A stretch of DNA of 63,829 bases, counting the filler, from Octopus bimaculoides (lineage: Eukaryota): NCBI RefSeq assembly GCF_001194135.2. It is 3 parts of 3 records of this genome, joined end to end, with 100 filler letters (N's around TTAATTAATTAA, not from the genome) between each part and the next. Parts side by side here need not be neighbours in the genome. Positions count along the whole stretch, not along the records: positions 1 to 30,260 come from NC_068997.1; 2 more parts are not named here. One strand, written 5' to 3'. The notes under the pieces are model-generated. The model saw only the letters and a list, made by a program, of their open reading frames with translations. It ran no database searches and was not told the origin of the DNA. A program made the position numbers and the translations under genes. Shown here piece after piece: positions 13,576 through 28,202 of this stretch; position 1 is the first letter of the stretch, and every line of letters begins with the position of its first letter.

Positions 13576-13938
13576 TGTTTGTATATGCCATCAAACATAT
13601 CTGCATGTATCAGTCTATCTACATAATTTATATGTATTCACACGTTCAGCTAATAAAGCGTCTCATGTCAAGTGTTTTAAGAAATATCATCAATTTAATA
13701 CAAAATTACTTGAAACATGAAAGCTATTTATCAACTCATTTTGTTATTTATTCATTTCTATATTTTAGATATCTATTTGTTTTTTCTGTTTTTATTTTTA
13801 GTTGGCCCATGTAAATTAAAACAAAGTTTATGAAATAAATATTGCGAACTGTTTCAATTCTCCACGTCAGGTCTGTTAATTTATCGAAGGACATAAAAGA
13901 TAATAAAATGAACAGTTGGCGTAAAATCGGTAAAGAAA

Positions 13939-14013
<75 letters not shown>

Positions 14014-14692
14014 AATGCAAAAAAAGATACCAGTCACGCAAAACAGATTGATTTAATGTAGAAACGCAACTACTCTGATTTATTCTGCTGCTTATTCCAT
14101 CGAAAGCATTTTTATAAATTTCTACTGTACTGAATGCGCCTTTTTATATTTCATTGTGCCCTTTATTAGTGTCTTACGGGTAAATACTCTCCGTAAATCT
14201 TCAGAATATTTAATCCTCCTTTTGATATCATACGAATTCTCTTTTAATTATTCGTGTTAGATTATAGAAGTAAGGCACTTGCAGCAGTTGAGATTTTACA
14301 AAGACCTAAGAATAGAGTTTAATTTTCGAAATTTTTATCAAGTTTTATTAAGTTCCTATGCTTCTTTAAAAATGGTGAAGCTTTATGTAAGTGAGTTTAA
14401 TGTATTAGTATATTTGTATGCATAAATACAATCATAGTTACATATATATGCGTGAATGTATGTTTGCGGATCGTCGGATGGATGTAACCACGCGTGCACG
14501 CGTGGAACATATTTACTAAGTGTAAGAGAGAAGAGGAATGACAGATTGTGGCTGCCAAAAACACACAATGGATACATATATAACTTATCCAAGTAGGGAT
14601 CAATATATATGGGTATAAACACCCCCCCCCCACACACATACATACCTCTATTTAAAAATGCATATATATGTATATGCATGGGCGTGCATATG

Positions 14693-14735
<43 letters not shown>

Positions 14736-15357
14736 NNNNNNNNNNNNNNNNNNNNNNNNNNNNNNNNNNNNNNNNNNNNNNNNNNNNNNNNNNNNNNNNN
14801 NNNNNNNNNNNNNNNNNNNNNNNNNNNNNNNNNNNNNNNNNNNNNNNNNNNNNNNNNNNNNNNNNNNNNNNNNNNNNNNNNNNNNNNNNNNNNNNNNNNN
14901 NNNNNNNNNNNNNNNNNNNNNNNNNNNNNNNNNNNNNNNNNNNNNNNNNNNNNNNNNNNNNNNNNNNNNNNNNNNNNNNNNNNNNNNNNNNNNNNNNNNN
15001 NNNNNNNNNNNNNNNNNNNNNNNNNNNNNNNNNNNNNNNNNNNNNNNNNNNNNNNNNNNNNNNNNNNNNNNNNNNNNNNNNNNNNNNNNNNNNNNNNNNN
15101 NNNNNNNNNNNNNNNNNNNNNNNNNNNNNNNNNNNNNNNNNNNNNNNNNNNNNNNNNNNNNNNNNNNNNNNNNNNNNNNNNNNNNNNNNNNNNNNNNNNN
15201 NNNNNNNNNNNNNNNNNNNNNNNNNNNNNNNNNNNNNNNNNNNNNNNNNNNNNNNNNNNNNNNNNNNNNNNNNNNNNNNNNNNNNNNNNNNNNNNNNNNN
15301 NNNNNNNNNNNNNNNNNNNNNNNNNNNNNNNNNNNNNNNNNNNNNNNNNNNNNNNNN

Positions 15358-15406
<49 letters not shown>

Positions 15407-15760
15407 ATGTTGATTTGCTGTTGATATACACCAGAATGAGCTCTCCATTCATTAGCTCCTATTGATTCAAACACTTCTCGATATTCCTACTGTTTGTCTT
15501 CAATTTCTTCCCTTTCTTTTCCCCTGCATTTATTGTTCTACTTGTTATTGTTGTTGTGCTTATTGGTCTTACCAATGTGTTTGTCTTATTTTGTTTTTTT
15601 GAAAGCCAAACTTGAGGAAATAAACAAACAAATGACACCTTCATTTATCAGAATCTATATTAGAACAAATTGTTTGTGAATAGTTTCACCTATTTCTTTC
15701 TGACATACAATTACACTGACACATGGAAATGAACACGTAGACACAACTACATATCAATGA

Positions 15761-15800
<40 letters not shown>

Positions 15801-16023
15801 CTGTATGTTGGCGTGTAAAAATTATATTGGTGGGCTGCACAAAGGAAAATGCATCTTTATTTTCATCTTTGCTGTCGTTGTCTGTCTATGCCTCTCTCAG
15901 TCTTTCTCTATTTCTCTCTCTCAGTCCCTCAACCCCATTGTTAATGCGTTTTAATGTGCGTGTATGCGTGTGTATATGTGCGTGCGTATAGATGTGAATA
16001 AGCAAATATGTATACTATACAAA

Positions 16024-16061
<38 letters not shown>

Positions 16062-16138
16062 TATGTATACGCATATGTCTAAAAAAACATACGTATATAC
16101 ATGCACAGAGGCTCATTTGTTTAATATATGAATATATA

Positions 16139-16178
16139 GGCGCAAGAGTAACTGTGTGGTAAGTAGCTTGCTTACCAT
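16139..16178 (+). mobile_element. Truncated tRNA-derived SINE head (family of 57408-57826)
   Basis: GGCGCAAGAGTAACTGTGTGGTAAGTAGCTTGCTTACCA versus GGCGTAGGAGTGGCTGTGTGGTAAGTATCCTGCTTACCA at 57408. Confidence 0.65.
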
Positions 16179-16379
16179 GTGGTACACATAGAGAGATTTT
16201 TCGTCAGAAATGTTCACTTTCTATCTATTATCAATATTAATCGTTGCGCTAGGTATCTCTTCTGTATTACTTTATCACATATGTTCTCCTTCTTCGAGCG
16301 AGATATTTCAGATTTATTATATACAAATCCTGCTTGTTCGCTTTTTGTTAAAATATTTATTCTTATTATTGTTTTAATT

Positions 16380-17000
16380 CTCAGAATGTTCAGTCTTGGT
16401 TGTTCTGGTAGATTCTGTGAGAGCAGACAGCAGGCTGCTGTCAGAGGTCTCACAGGGTCTCTTTTTGCAGATTATAAGCTTTGATGCTTGGTTGTTAGTT
16501 ATCGTGGGAGACATTCAACATCCAAGTACTCATCTCAACGTCCTAGCTGTCCCCATCAGAGCAGTTTTGGGGGCTTTTTCTGCTCTCTTGTCAATTCCGA
16601 TTTCTCTGACATATTGCTCGAACTTGGTTGTTAGTACTCCGAGTGCCCCTACAACTACTGGAATGACAGACACTCTCCTCATACTCCACATTCTTGCAAT
16701 TTCGTCTTTTGGTAGTTTGTACTTTTCATTCTTTTCTCCTTCTTTGACACTTATGCCTGCATCTCCAGCCATTGCAATATCTATGATCTTGATTTCCTTT
16801 TTTCCATCAACTACCACAACAATATCTCGTCTTCGAACCTCGATTAACCTGTTACATTGGATTGTAAAATCTCACAGTATCTTATGTCCCTTGTTCTCGA
16901 TAACTCCTTCTCCTTCATATTCTTACCATTTCCGTGCTCTGTTAAGGCCGTAATTTTCACATCGCCGCTAGAAACTATCATGAAGTGCTGCGAATCTTCC
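16380..17000 (-). mobile_element. R4/Dong-like LINE 3' part with restriction-like endonuclease (RLE) domain, pseudogene
   Basis: IL*DFTIQCNRLIEVRRRDIVVVVDGKKEIKIIDIAMAGD..EKNEKYKL..VIPVVVGALG..KTALMGTARTLR is the RPD..D..E..K..KY RLE signature plus the terminal motif. Confidence 0.9.
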
Positions 17001-17971
17001 AATCTTCTGGTAGTAGAAATAGTAAAAGATGCTGTTCAGGTTTATTTTTCCGCTTTTTTAACAGATGTAAAATGAAAACCAAGACTCATTTGGTAATTCT
17101 ACTTCCTGGAATGTGAAATCGACCGAAGAAGAAAACTTTACATGGATGCGCTAAAAATAACAGCCAAATAGAATTTAAGCGGAATTCTAACCTCTTAAAT
17201 AATGAATATATTGGGTAATACCATTGTGGGAGGGGAGGTTAGGGTTTGAATACCTTTCATCCTAGATTTCGTCGATCTCTGTAGTCTAGGGACAAAATAA
17301 TTACAACATCAGAACTCGACTCTACACTACAGTTTAATAATGGCACATCATAAGTAAATAAAAAAAAAATTACAAAAAGACTTTAAAAACTGTATTTCCG
17401 TCAGTGTATTTCGTCGTCATTCCGGAGTTGTTAATATTTAAATGTGATTTCGTGTTATTTGCATTCAGTCGGAAAAATAAGGAAACCAAAACTAAGAATA
17501 AATGAAGATACGAAGAGGAACAGCATAAACAACAATGAATTGTAAAGAAAAATATCTCCCCCACATAAAAAGACATTAGTGATACGTTAACATTATTAAT
17601 GAACTGATGAAGGTATAGAAAATAATTAAGTGTACACTGCTTTTCAGATGACGTTGATCGTAATAGAGACATTTCGTTAACAAACAAATATTAGCATAAT
17701 TAAAAGAAATCAGTTATATTAAGTAGCTGTGAGCTTGCTAAATATAATGCAGCGAACATGAGAGTTTTCCATAAGCAACATGTCTGCTATGTTTATTTTC
17801 ATTGAAATCTATTCTGCAGGAATGGAAACGAGGGAAAAGAACATGCCAAAATCTATTCAAAGAAAGAAGGAAAAACCGAAAAACGAAATAGTTGCACACA
17901 CGCACTCACACGAACAGGCATACGTACAAATACAAGTACACACAAGTATACATACATGTATAATATAATGC

Positions 17972-18005
<34 letters not shown>

Positions 18006-18094
18006 CGTGTGTGTGTGTGTGTGTGAATACGTATGTACATATATATGCATATTTATATATATATGTATACATACATATATATACATACATACAT

Positions 18095-18148
<54 letters not shown>

Positions 18149-21100
18149 GTACATACACGCACATATATATACAAACGTACACACATACATACACGCACAC
18201 ATATATACATACACACTCATATATACATACACATATATACATACACACACATTTATGTATATATACACACACACACACATGCACATATACATACTGATGT
18301 GTGGACATGTGTGTGTGTGTGTGTGTGTGTGTAAACAGAAGGTAAAAACGAAATTATCGATTAAACTAATTCGTTGAAGATATTCACTAAATGAGGCTTC
18401 ACTGATTCCAATCACATAGCGAAGTTAAAATCTGTTTTTCTTTTTACCGGTTTTCCAATAACTCTTTTTTCAAATTTCAATTTGAAAAGATTTTAACATT
18501 AAAGAACGAAACATAAAATATATAGAAATTTGAATCAGCATTTAAATTTTCCTTTTTGTACTTTGAAATTATACTCTATATCAATGTTGAATTTAGGGAT
18601 GCAAGTGTCTGCAAACATTAAGACGTTCATTTTAATTATTGGAGCTAATGATTTTACAGACGGGTTACCTTACTAATCTTGATTTCGTTTTGACTTGAAA
18701 GGCGAGTAATAGCAGTCTATATTAAAGCTACAATATATATATATATATANNNNNNNNNNNNNNNNNNNNNNNNNNNNNNNNNNNNNNNNNNNNNNNNNNN
18801 NNNNNNNNNNNNNNNNNNNNNTATATATAAACTTAGATGCACTCCCTACAGGCCTCGGTAGAAACCAGTCTTCCTCTTTCAGGTTCCGCTTATTCCTTAA
18901 CAGAACAGTGAAGTGAGACTTATTTTACATATCGTCCAGTCTGACTGTAGTTGTGTCTAGAGCACAATTTTTGACAATATGGAAGTCACATCAGAGCATG
19001 TTTCTCTGTGCGTACCTGATCCAACTGTCATGGACTTCAGAACAGATAAAAGACTCTACGATGATATCACCAAATTTTCCATCGATTGACTTACCTGCTG
19101 ACTATAAATGTAAGCAGCTGAGTATTCCGTTGATACGTGGACTGTTAACATAATTTTAAAGTAAATTAAATGTGGCAAATTTTTAACAGGTGAGTTAACA
19201 GAACCAGTCAGCAGAAGGGTCTTACACACAGCTTTTGTCGGTTCACTTTAACTCATGATATTTTAGTCAACCCGAAATTATGGTAGAAACTATTTGACTC
19301 ATTGCTGTGCATGAATTCGTACCTCCCGATATGATTGTTAACTAGTTTAGCAGAGAACTGCCTGTACAATCCTGTACACTTTGTTTTCTTCCTTTTGTCA
19401 ACCGAAGTAAAAATACTGACCGAATTTCAGCTTAAATACATTTAACTGTACAAGTGTACCTCGAAAATATATTATGGGATCCGAACGGACAAAGGAACTA
19501 TTTCGCGGTGAGTCTACCCGTGAGAAATAGATGTCAAATTTTGACTTGTAAGAGAAAACAGCCAAAGTTCTCTCAAACCACAACAGGTCCTTTTAGAAAT
19601 GGTTAGGTAATAAGATCACAGATCGCCGGTAACCGAAAATAGTAGGATGGTCACGTATTGGATACATTCTATAACGTGTATTCGATCAGTATTATTGTTC
19701 ACATTCCAGATTGTATTGCACCTGTAAGTATTTGATTTATTTCAAACTCAGGTAACGAAAAAACACTGCTGTCGTTTGTAATAACATTTTTAATCATATG
19801 AGAGTCTTTTTGTATTATTCCCTCCTAAAGTGTTGCTAGACGCGCCTCATTGACGAACTTCTATTATGTCTATGCGATTACTATTGGTCTTTCAAACGAA
19901 AATTCTGGTCTCTTACTCTTTCTTACGGACAGAATCCCTTAAACCAGTTTTAGCATCACATAGGTGGTACCTTTACTGTCTACCGTTCACAGTTGACAAC
20001 TGCAAGCACTTTGGGTATGTATTTTCACAATGTTTTCTGGTTTTGCTTGTTCATCTCTGAATTACTACCATATCACTTGTTCTCCTGGTGTAAATACGCA
20101 CACGCACTCCTCCACCGCACAGATAGATCTATGTTCCATTCATTCTCTTTATCCCCGATGATGGCTGCTACCAATCAGCAGTTGTCTATTTCTGACGTGA
20201 CACTCTACACGCTCCACTTGGTTTGTCTTTTCTCCAGAAGAGAATTAAGAAACATTTCTCATTCTATAGAAGCGCAATGATGTAACATCATGCTTCTATT
20301 GAATTATCACAAGAAGCGATACTTTTCTGCTTCCATTCTCTCATTCGTTTTCCCCCTGTGCACAAGCTGCATTCTTAATACGACCGTATTTCGTATCCAT
20401 GCGGCTGTGTTACACCACATCTTTTAACAATGACCATTTCTGTTACTCTTAACAAAAGAGTCTATCAGGCTTCTTTTTTTACAAAATTCGAAGTCTTTTT
20501 GAAAAGAAATCCCTATATTCAGGTAAAACTGTGTTGCTGGAGGCAACGTAGCTACAATTACAGTTATGCAAGCAACTGTCGTAGCTCTGGTTATGGTTGT
20601 TGTGGATATTGAGGTTCCTGCGGTGGAGGTAGTGGTGGTAATTATGTTTGTGCTTTTGACCAACATCTCAGCCACATCACTATTGCGGTCGCTTTTAATG
20701 GCTATAGCTTAGTTTATTAGAATGTTCCAGATTTGCTAATCCTTTAGTGATGTAAACTTCCGTTCTTGTATTTGTATCTTTTCCATTTTTTTTCTTCTTC
20801 TTGCGATTGTTTTTGGTATTGTTCTTGCAATTACTGTTATGGTTGGCATTTCTCTTATTGTTAATAATGTTGGTGAAGTTGCTACAATCGTTTTTCTAGT
20901 AGTAATAGTAGTAGTAGTAGTGATGGTGTTGGTAGTGGTTGCTTTTTTTTTTGCAGCATTACTTTGAACTGCAACACTAGATGTTTTCTCTTTTCTACCG
21001 CTCCGAACACCGTCAAATTTATTTCCCCCTCACCCGTTATATCAAAGGTATTCGTTCACCTCTCGTTATTGTCCGCTTCCGTCGAACATTATTACATATC

Positions 21101-21319
21101 GGCGACTTTTTTCCATTATGATATTTTGAAAACAAAATATCTTTTCCTAAAACAAAACTCATAAAAACAGATTCCGACAGGTTGGTAGAATTTGTGAAAA
21201 TGAGAACTCTCTAACAGGTAGTAGACTGCCTTTTTACTCTTCGAATTAAAAAAGAATAATGAAAACAACCGAATTCAATCGGTCTTTCCCAGAAAGTTGG
21301 GAGAGCTGATGCGAAGAGT

Positions 21320-21500
21320 TGCTCCTCCTTTAGATACAAATGATTGTGTTGATGATAATGATGGTTGGTGATTTAGACATTTTGAGGAAGAGGTACTTGG
21401 CTGGTTCTTTATTTTTTCGAGAGGATGAAATGCAAAGTTGACCTCGGCAAGGTTTGAACACAAAACTTAAAGAGTCGGAAGAAATCTTCAGTCACAAAGG
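21320..21500 (-). mobile_element. Decayed SINE (family of 60097-60295)
   Basis: GGATGAAATGCAAAGTTGACCTCGGCAAGGTTTGAAC is the reverse complement of GTTCAAATTCCACCAAGGTCGACTTTGACTTTCATCC. Confidence 0.6.
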
Positions 21501-23589
21501 ATTCGAAGAGACATGAGAAATAAGTGGTTTGCTGACTTAGCTACATTTTTCTATAACTTTTCGTTTCGTTTTCTAGCCATTGCTGTTCTTCAGAGCAAAT
21601 GCTCTTCAATGGTTTTTAAAATGTCTTGTGTAATAAAATTTTGTCGTGTAGCACGAGTTTCATGCCACTTGCGTTGGCATATCGAACCTGGTTTATTGTT
21701 TAAGATTGTAGACTTTAGGGATCATTAGTACTATTAATCCGTTACGGTTCCTCTTGACCATACTTCAAGAGTCAACCACCTGCCCACACTGCAGTGAAAA
21801 AGGGACGATCCGACATGAATCCAAGTCACATAGTTCCAAATAGTTACACTTGTATTTTCTGCTACAATATGCTGCAACACAAAATGTATGGACGGATGTG
21901 TAATTGTATATCTAAGAATTTCCACTTTATTTTCGCTATACCTTCGATCCTGAGTACAAAAAAAAAACTGCTCCACAAGATTCCAGATTCTTCATCCAGT
22001 GCTTTTAATTGTTATTTCGATAATAATTGGAAACTGCCACAGATGTTATTTCTCTTTTTGCCTTCTCTTGGATGAGATTGTTGGGGTGAAGTAGTGCTCT
22101 TTGTTTTACGTGTAGTCTGTTTTTTTTTCTTTTGCCTTCTTCTAGGTAAGTGTTTATCAACTCATATTTGGATGTAGTATGTCAAATTGTGAAAGGAGAT
22201 AAAAAAATCCCTACAGGCAAAAATTTTCTAATTCCGAGGATCAAGGGTTGACGTTCCCAGATCGTTCTTACTAGCCAGTTTTCTGAAGAAAGAGTTTTTG
22301 TTTTTAAATGATTGAAAAGCCGAGTTTTGTAACGAAGAAGAAACACGTTTGGGCTTCAAGAGTTAACAATAAGCACCACTACTGCTACTACTACTACTAT
22401 CTTGCAACAAAATATTAAATTACATTAGTGACGTCTTGCTAAGTTGAATAGTGAAAATGAATACAATTATCTTTTTTGTCGATAATGCCAAAACTAAAAA
22501 AATGTATATATATATTGTAAAAAAATTAAATTTTATTTTGCTTTTAAAAATATTGTTTCCATGCACATAATTAAATTTAGAATTTAGTGAGAATATGAAT
22601 GATAAGTGTAATCTTGGAAAGGTTAAAGAATCCTTATAGAGAAAATGTAGCAGTGAAAGTGCAACGGACAGATTGGATTTTGTGTGTGTGTGTGTGTGTG
22701 TGTGAAACAGGTAGTACATAGCAAATGTTACACGTCCTTGTATGTGATGATGTAGTTCTTTCACAGAAACCAGTCTAAGAGAATCACAAATGGGAGCAAC
22801 GGGGAAGGAGTGGGTGAAGCGGAGGAGTTAATGAACGATGAAGTTAGAAGATGACATTTGACACGAAAAAATAGACGGACAGGAAGTGAAGGAGGAAGTT
22901 AACAGTAGTTATGAATGAACTTTGAAAGATAAGGAACATCGGGATTTAGGGTAAACACAATGCTTAGGTATGATATTTGATATCTGGGTTCAAGTTCCGG
23001 TAGTCTTATTTTCGCCACTCTTACATGGGGCAAATCAATGAAATTGACATGGATTTGTCGACTGTGTAGTCAGTGATTGAATTGTATAATGAGCACAAGG
23101 AATAGCTCTCTGCTTTTTTTTTTCTCTTTCTCTCTATTCGCACACATATACGCAAACGCACACACGTGCATACGCGCGCGCACTCATGCACACACACTCA
23201 GATGGATCACCTATAGACATATGTATTTGTGACTGCGAATATGTGTACTTTAGAAGTTTTCGTCGTATAAGTCCCAAAACTAAACGTAGCTTTATAAATA
23301 CTATGGAAGACTCGTAGTATAATAATAACTTTCTCTCCGCAACTTACAAAGCCTTTCTGGTTTGTTTACAAATATTATATGTAGCATTAGACACTTTAAG
23401 TTTATATTCATTAAATTTGGCTGAAATTGATGGGTGAGCGTTCGGCCCAATCGGAAGGAGAAATGTTAGCTTTGAGTTGCGGGTTTGTTTTCCTATGAGA
23501 CCACCTGCATTTCGGCCTCTCGTCTCTTTTACAAGTTTATTTCAACTCCATACTTAGCATATATAATAGGGAAAAGGGATGTGTTGGTA

Positions 23590-23720
23590 CCTCTCACCCG
23601 ACACCGCCTTCTGTATTTGTCTGGTACTTTATTTTATCGACTCTGGAATGATGATTGGCAAAGTTGATCTTGGCTGAACTTGAATTCAGAACGTAAACGC
23701 GTGGAACAGGTACCACAACT
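23590..23720 (-). mobile_element. Decayed SINE (same family as above)
   Basis: TGGTACTTTATTTTATCGAC...GGCAAAGTTGATCTTGGCTGAACTTGAATTCAGAACGTAA matches the reverse complement of 60160-60235. Confidence 0.65.
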
Positions 23721-23774
23721 CGTAAATCACTCTTCTGCCGTCTTTAAAAAAAATTCCGTCACTTCGCTTTGATC

Positions 23775-23830
23775 CAGTGGTTCTCAACTGGGATCCATAT
23801 GACCGTTGGAAATCTGTATGGCCGTTGGGG
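23775..23830 (+). mobile_element. hAT (Charlie-like) terminal inverted repeat, one end only
   Basis: CAGTGGTTCTCAAC is a typical hAT terminus; no matching right end was found. Confidence 0.35.
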
Positions 23831-25033
23831 GTTCATAAAAGAAACCTGGTCAAGGCAATATGCTGTGAGTGGAACCCTAAACTTCATCATTGTGAAATCA
23901 TCTTCCAGCTGTTTGGCCTCAATATATATACGTATACTTTTGCTTTAAGAAGTGTACCCGTGACCAAAGCAGGATTTGGTCAAATTGATGCCATCGATAT
24001 TCACTTTAAACATCTGCATGCTAGCTACTACTAGGAAATACCATCGGAATATTTCGAATTATAATTAATGAACGAAATTAAATAATTCTAAAGTGCTAAT
24101 TTTAACCTTTTTTTATAAAATTTTCTCTATAACTATGCAAATATATGTATTCATGTGAATTCAGTTGAGATTTTCAAACTTAAAATTCCTATCTTTTCTC
24201 AATGTATTCTGAAGCTCGTAGGTTCAGAATACATTCAGTGAAAAACAAACTATTAACTATTATTTATTTTATTTTACTCTTATATCTGATCCTACTTTTA
24301 AATTTCTGACTATTAAATATGCTTTCAGCCACATGACTGTTAGTTATCATATCTAAAATACAGTTATGTTCAGAGGCTCTACTACTTACTCATGGCTAAC
24401 AAATATATATGTTTCAATGTTATTAATCAACTTGTTGGTTTGCTAATGAGCAACTCAGAATATTGCGATGAATTAGCATTCCAGACGAACAGTTTCAAGA
24501 GAAACTCGATAATATCCAGCAACGCAAAATGGTATTATTAATAAATTTTTAAAATTGTTTTTATATATACATGTTGTCCGGCTTAACCACTGGAGAAAGT
24601 GACACTGGAGAAAAGGACACCGCCCAGGAGAAAGACTGATAATGATGAGCGCCTGGAGAGATTAAGCAGAAGCGTGATTATTTTCTGGAAATCCGAGACT
24701 AATGAGAGGACAGACAAAAGTTAGCTCCGCCAAAACTAGAGTAGATTTCCTTAAACTTACTCTAAGACCAGTTTGTGAATTTAAATACGGTGAAAACTAA
24801 GTTACCCCCCCACCTGCCACATGGTCAGCACCTGCCAAAACTCATTAAAAATAGTTTAGTGTTATAAAAGGAATTTTAGAAATGCTCACTTGTCGTCGCT
24901 TGATGACTGTTGACGAACTTGTTGATATGGCTAGTGTGCCCTGAAGCTCTTACCAACGAATTTTGAGCGAGGAATTGTTAATGAAAAATTTTGCAGCAAG
25001 TAACTATTAGTTATACCATACATACATACATCA

Positions 25034-25260
25034 TTTCATTCTTTTCTTTTACTTGTTTCAGTCATTTGATTGCGGCCATACTGGAGCACCTCCTTGACGG
25101 ATTTTAGTCGAACAAAATGACCCCAGGACTTATTTTTTAAGCCTAGAACTTATTCTATCGAATTTTCTTGCTGAACCACTAAGTTACGGGGGCATAAACA
25201 CAACGATACCGGTTATCAAGCGGTGATAGGGGGACACAAGACACAAAGATATGCACAGGC

Positions 25261-25292
<32 letters not shown>

Positions 25293-25670
25293 NNNNNNNN
25301 NNNNNNNNNNNNNNNNNNNNNNNNNNNNNNNNNNNNNNNNNNNNNNNNNNNNNNNNNNNNNNNNNNNNNNNNNNNNNNNNNNNNNNNNNNNNNNNNNNNN
25401 NNNNNNNNNNNNNNNNNNNNNNNNNNNNNNNNNNNNNNNNNNNNNNNNNNNNNNNNNNNNNNNNNNNNNNNNNNNNNNNNNNNNATATACATATAGACAT
25501 ATACGATGGGATTCTTTCAGTTTCCGTCTTCAAAATCCGCTCACAAGGCTTTGGTCAGTGCGAGGCTATAGTACAAGACACTTGCCCAAGGTGCCATGCA
25601 GTGGACCTGAACCATGAGATTGGGAAGCTTACTTCTCACCACGCAGCCATTCCAGCCCATATAGAAAGAA
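25034..25670 (-). mobile_element. Near-full-length tRNA-derived SINE with internal microsatellite and N gap
   Basis: Reverse complement of the 57408-57826 element on both sides of the 25293-25484 gap. Confidence 0.85.
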
Positions 25671-26515
25671 AAAGCCGGTTTCAAAATTAGATATAAGGCT
25701 CATTCATTGAAATTTCAACAACATCAACAGGGCATTTTTGTTTGTATGTATGCAGATTTATGTTAGAATATATGTACGTGTATATGTACATATGTGTGTA
25801 CGTTTGTGCGAGCATAAATATATGTATATATACACACACATAAACACACATACCTTATACACATACACGCACCTGCCTTCTTCCTAATGACATTGTATCA
25901 ACTCCCTTATTTTTTACCTTGAGTATATGGTAGACGCCACCTACATAGGATACCGCAATCTGATATGGAACCCCAAACTAAATAATTGCGAAACGAACGT
26001 TTTAACCATAGCAATTTACACCTGAATTGCTCCCCATCCCATCCCATCCCACCCCACAGCAGGTGCAAGATATATGAGATCCCCTATTGTGGACCTACCA
26101 TTTACCATGTTAATACTGTTTGAAAGATGCGTGTCTATGGCAGGGGAATCAAAATGTCAGAAGATGAAGCTAAGTAATTTAACAAAATTAGTATTGATCC
26201 GCTTGATTCCCTTTAATTGACTGAAATTGGAATTGGAGTCAGAAATACGCCACATAAAACAGAAGCGTTCCCAAACAAACGGGATATTGATTATATTTTT
26301 TTTCTTTTCTTCTGTAAGATACGAAAACATTGCAATTAAAAGGTGCCAGCCGGCAAAACGATGAAATGGTTAACTGACTAAAAGATCCCCGAGTACGCAG
26401 TTTCTTTAGAGATAATAGTTTATAAAAAAAAAAAACAGAAATACTCTTAACTCTAATATTGATAACAAGTCTCCTATCTCTTCGCTTTGTTTTTCAACAT
26501 TTCAATCCCCAATGC

Positions 26516-26903
26516 TGTTGTTGTTGGCATTCCATCGCTTACGACGTCGAGGGTTCCAGTTGATCCGATCAACGGAACAGCCTGCTCGTGAAATTAACGT
26601 GCAAGTGGCTGAGCACTCCACAGACACGGGTACCCTTAACGTAGCTCTCGGGGATATTCAGTGTGACACAGTGTGGCAAGGCTAACCCTTTGAATTACAG
26701 GCACAACAGAAACAGGAAGTAAGAGTGAGAGAAAGTTGTGGTGAAAGAGTACAGCAGGGTTCGCCACCATCCCCTGCTGGAGTCTCGTGGAGCTTTAGGT
26801 GTTTTCACTCAATAAACACTCACAACGCCCGGTCTGGGAATCGAAACCGCGATCCTATGACCGCAAGTCCACTGCCCTAACCACTGGGCCATTGCGCCTC
26901 CAC
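26516..26903 (-). mobile_element. Full-length tRNA-derived SINE with (CAA)n tail and 14-bp target site duplication
   Basis: A-box/B-box head GTGGAGGCGCAATGGCCCAGTGG..GGTTTCGATTCCC. The TSD TCAATCCCCAATGC occurs at 26502-26515 and 26904-26917. Homologous to 63196-63452. Confidence 0.92.
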
Positions 26904-28202
26904 TCAATCCCCAATGCACTCAGATAATATCAGACCTACTCCTTTCTTCTCACTCTCTCAGCTCTTTTCTTTCCTGTCGTCACACACTCCGACTTCCGCG
27001 TTCACACTAACTCATTCTCCCACTCTTTCTCTGTCTCTCTCCTTTTTTTCTTCTGCTTTTCTGCCTTGATTAAGCTTTTGCATTTTCCTTTTGTCTTATT
27101 TCCTTTTAGCTTCTTTATATTTTCCTTTAATTCACGTTCTCTTCAGAGTTTTGATGTGATATTTTTGGTTCGGTTTTTAGTCTAAAAGTCGTTGTCGATG
27201 TTACATCATCATTTCATTATTAGTAACAGTGTTGTCATACTTATTTGTATTCTATTGGCATTATTATTGTGGTGGAATGGTCGCATTCGTATTTTTAACG
27301 ACCTTTAGCGCTTGCTACTGTTTGGAGTTACCAAAAACGGAAGAGCGGATAAGGCTTCTGCAAAGAAGAAACTCGCTCCTCTGACAAAATACTCATATCA
27401 CATGAAGGCGAATAAATATCCAGCGAGAGGGATTTAACAATTGGCATGAATAAAATAAAATTAACATGGACTAATCCATACGCGGCAGGGTAGATAAAGA
27501 ACTGGAGTGGCATTTGAAAGAGAGTACAAACGAAGTACTGGTCGCTCATCGTCTTTTAGCACAAACTTTATCGAATGAAAAATGAAAAGATGGAATGACG
27601 ACCACTCGTCATTTCCCTATATGGCAGGTTTTAATTTCTAAAATTTCTCTCACCTGTTTGCTAATTCTCGAATCCACGACCATCCAATTTGTTTTTCTTA
27701 TGCCTTTAAAAGTTTCTTATCGAACATGTCTTTTTTTCTAAGGCAGCCGACTGTGATTTAAAGGAAAGAAATTTTAGCTTCTAATTACGTCCAATAGTTT
27801 AAATAGAGCTTCCTTTGTTGGTTGGAAACCAAGAAGACATGAAGCAGAAAGGTGCCAACTCTTTCAAGCAATAATGGCAGTTATCATGAGGATTCATATT
27901 TTCGTCATGTCATATACATCAAATGATAGCTCCCTGATAGCGTTCGAGCGATATCGGAACGTAAATTATTCCAGTAAAATATACATAATTATAAACATTA
28001 ATCACTCAGCTAAAATTGTTCATCAAATTACTGATAACATAATTCATTGATTGGATTTAATGAGTGAGAACTCACACTCACACTTCAGTTTGTTGTATCA
28101 ACTTTGTAAGCCGTAATTTGCACATTATTGCAGCAGATTATTAGGTTAATGGCCGCTGGGCAAAATGCCTTGCAGAGAATAACCACCTCTCTCCTCCTCC
28201 TC

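Noticed and set aside
20424-20960. Thr-rich mucin-like ORF on the minus strand
   Set aside because: Degenerate trinucleotide low-complexity sequence with stops and no splice or domain support.
22278-22355. CTGAAGA...GAAACACGTT hammerhead-like spacing
   Set aside because: No convincing helix I or helix II pairing.
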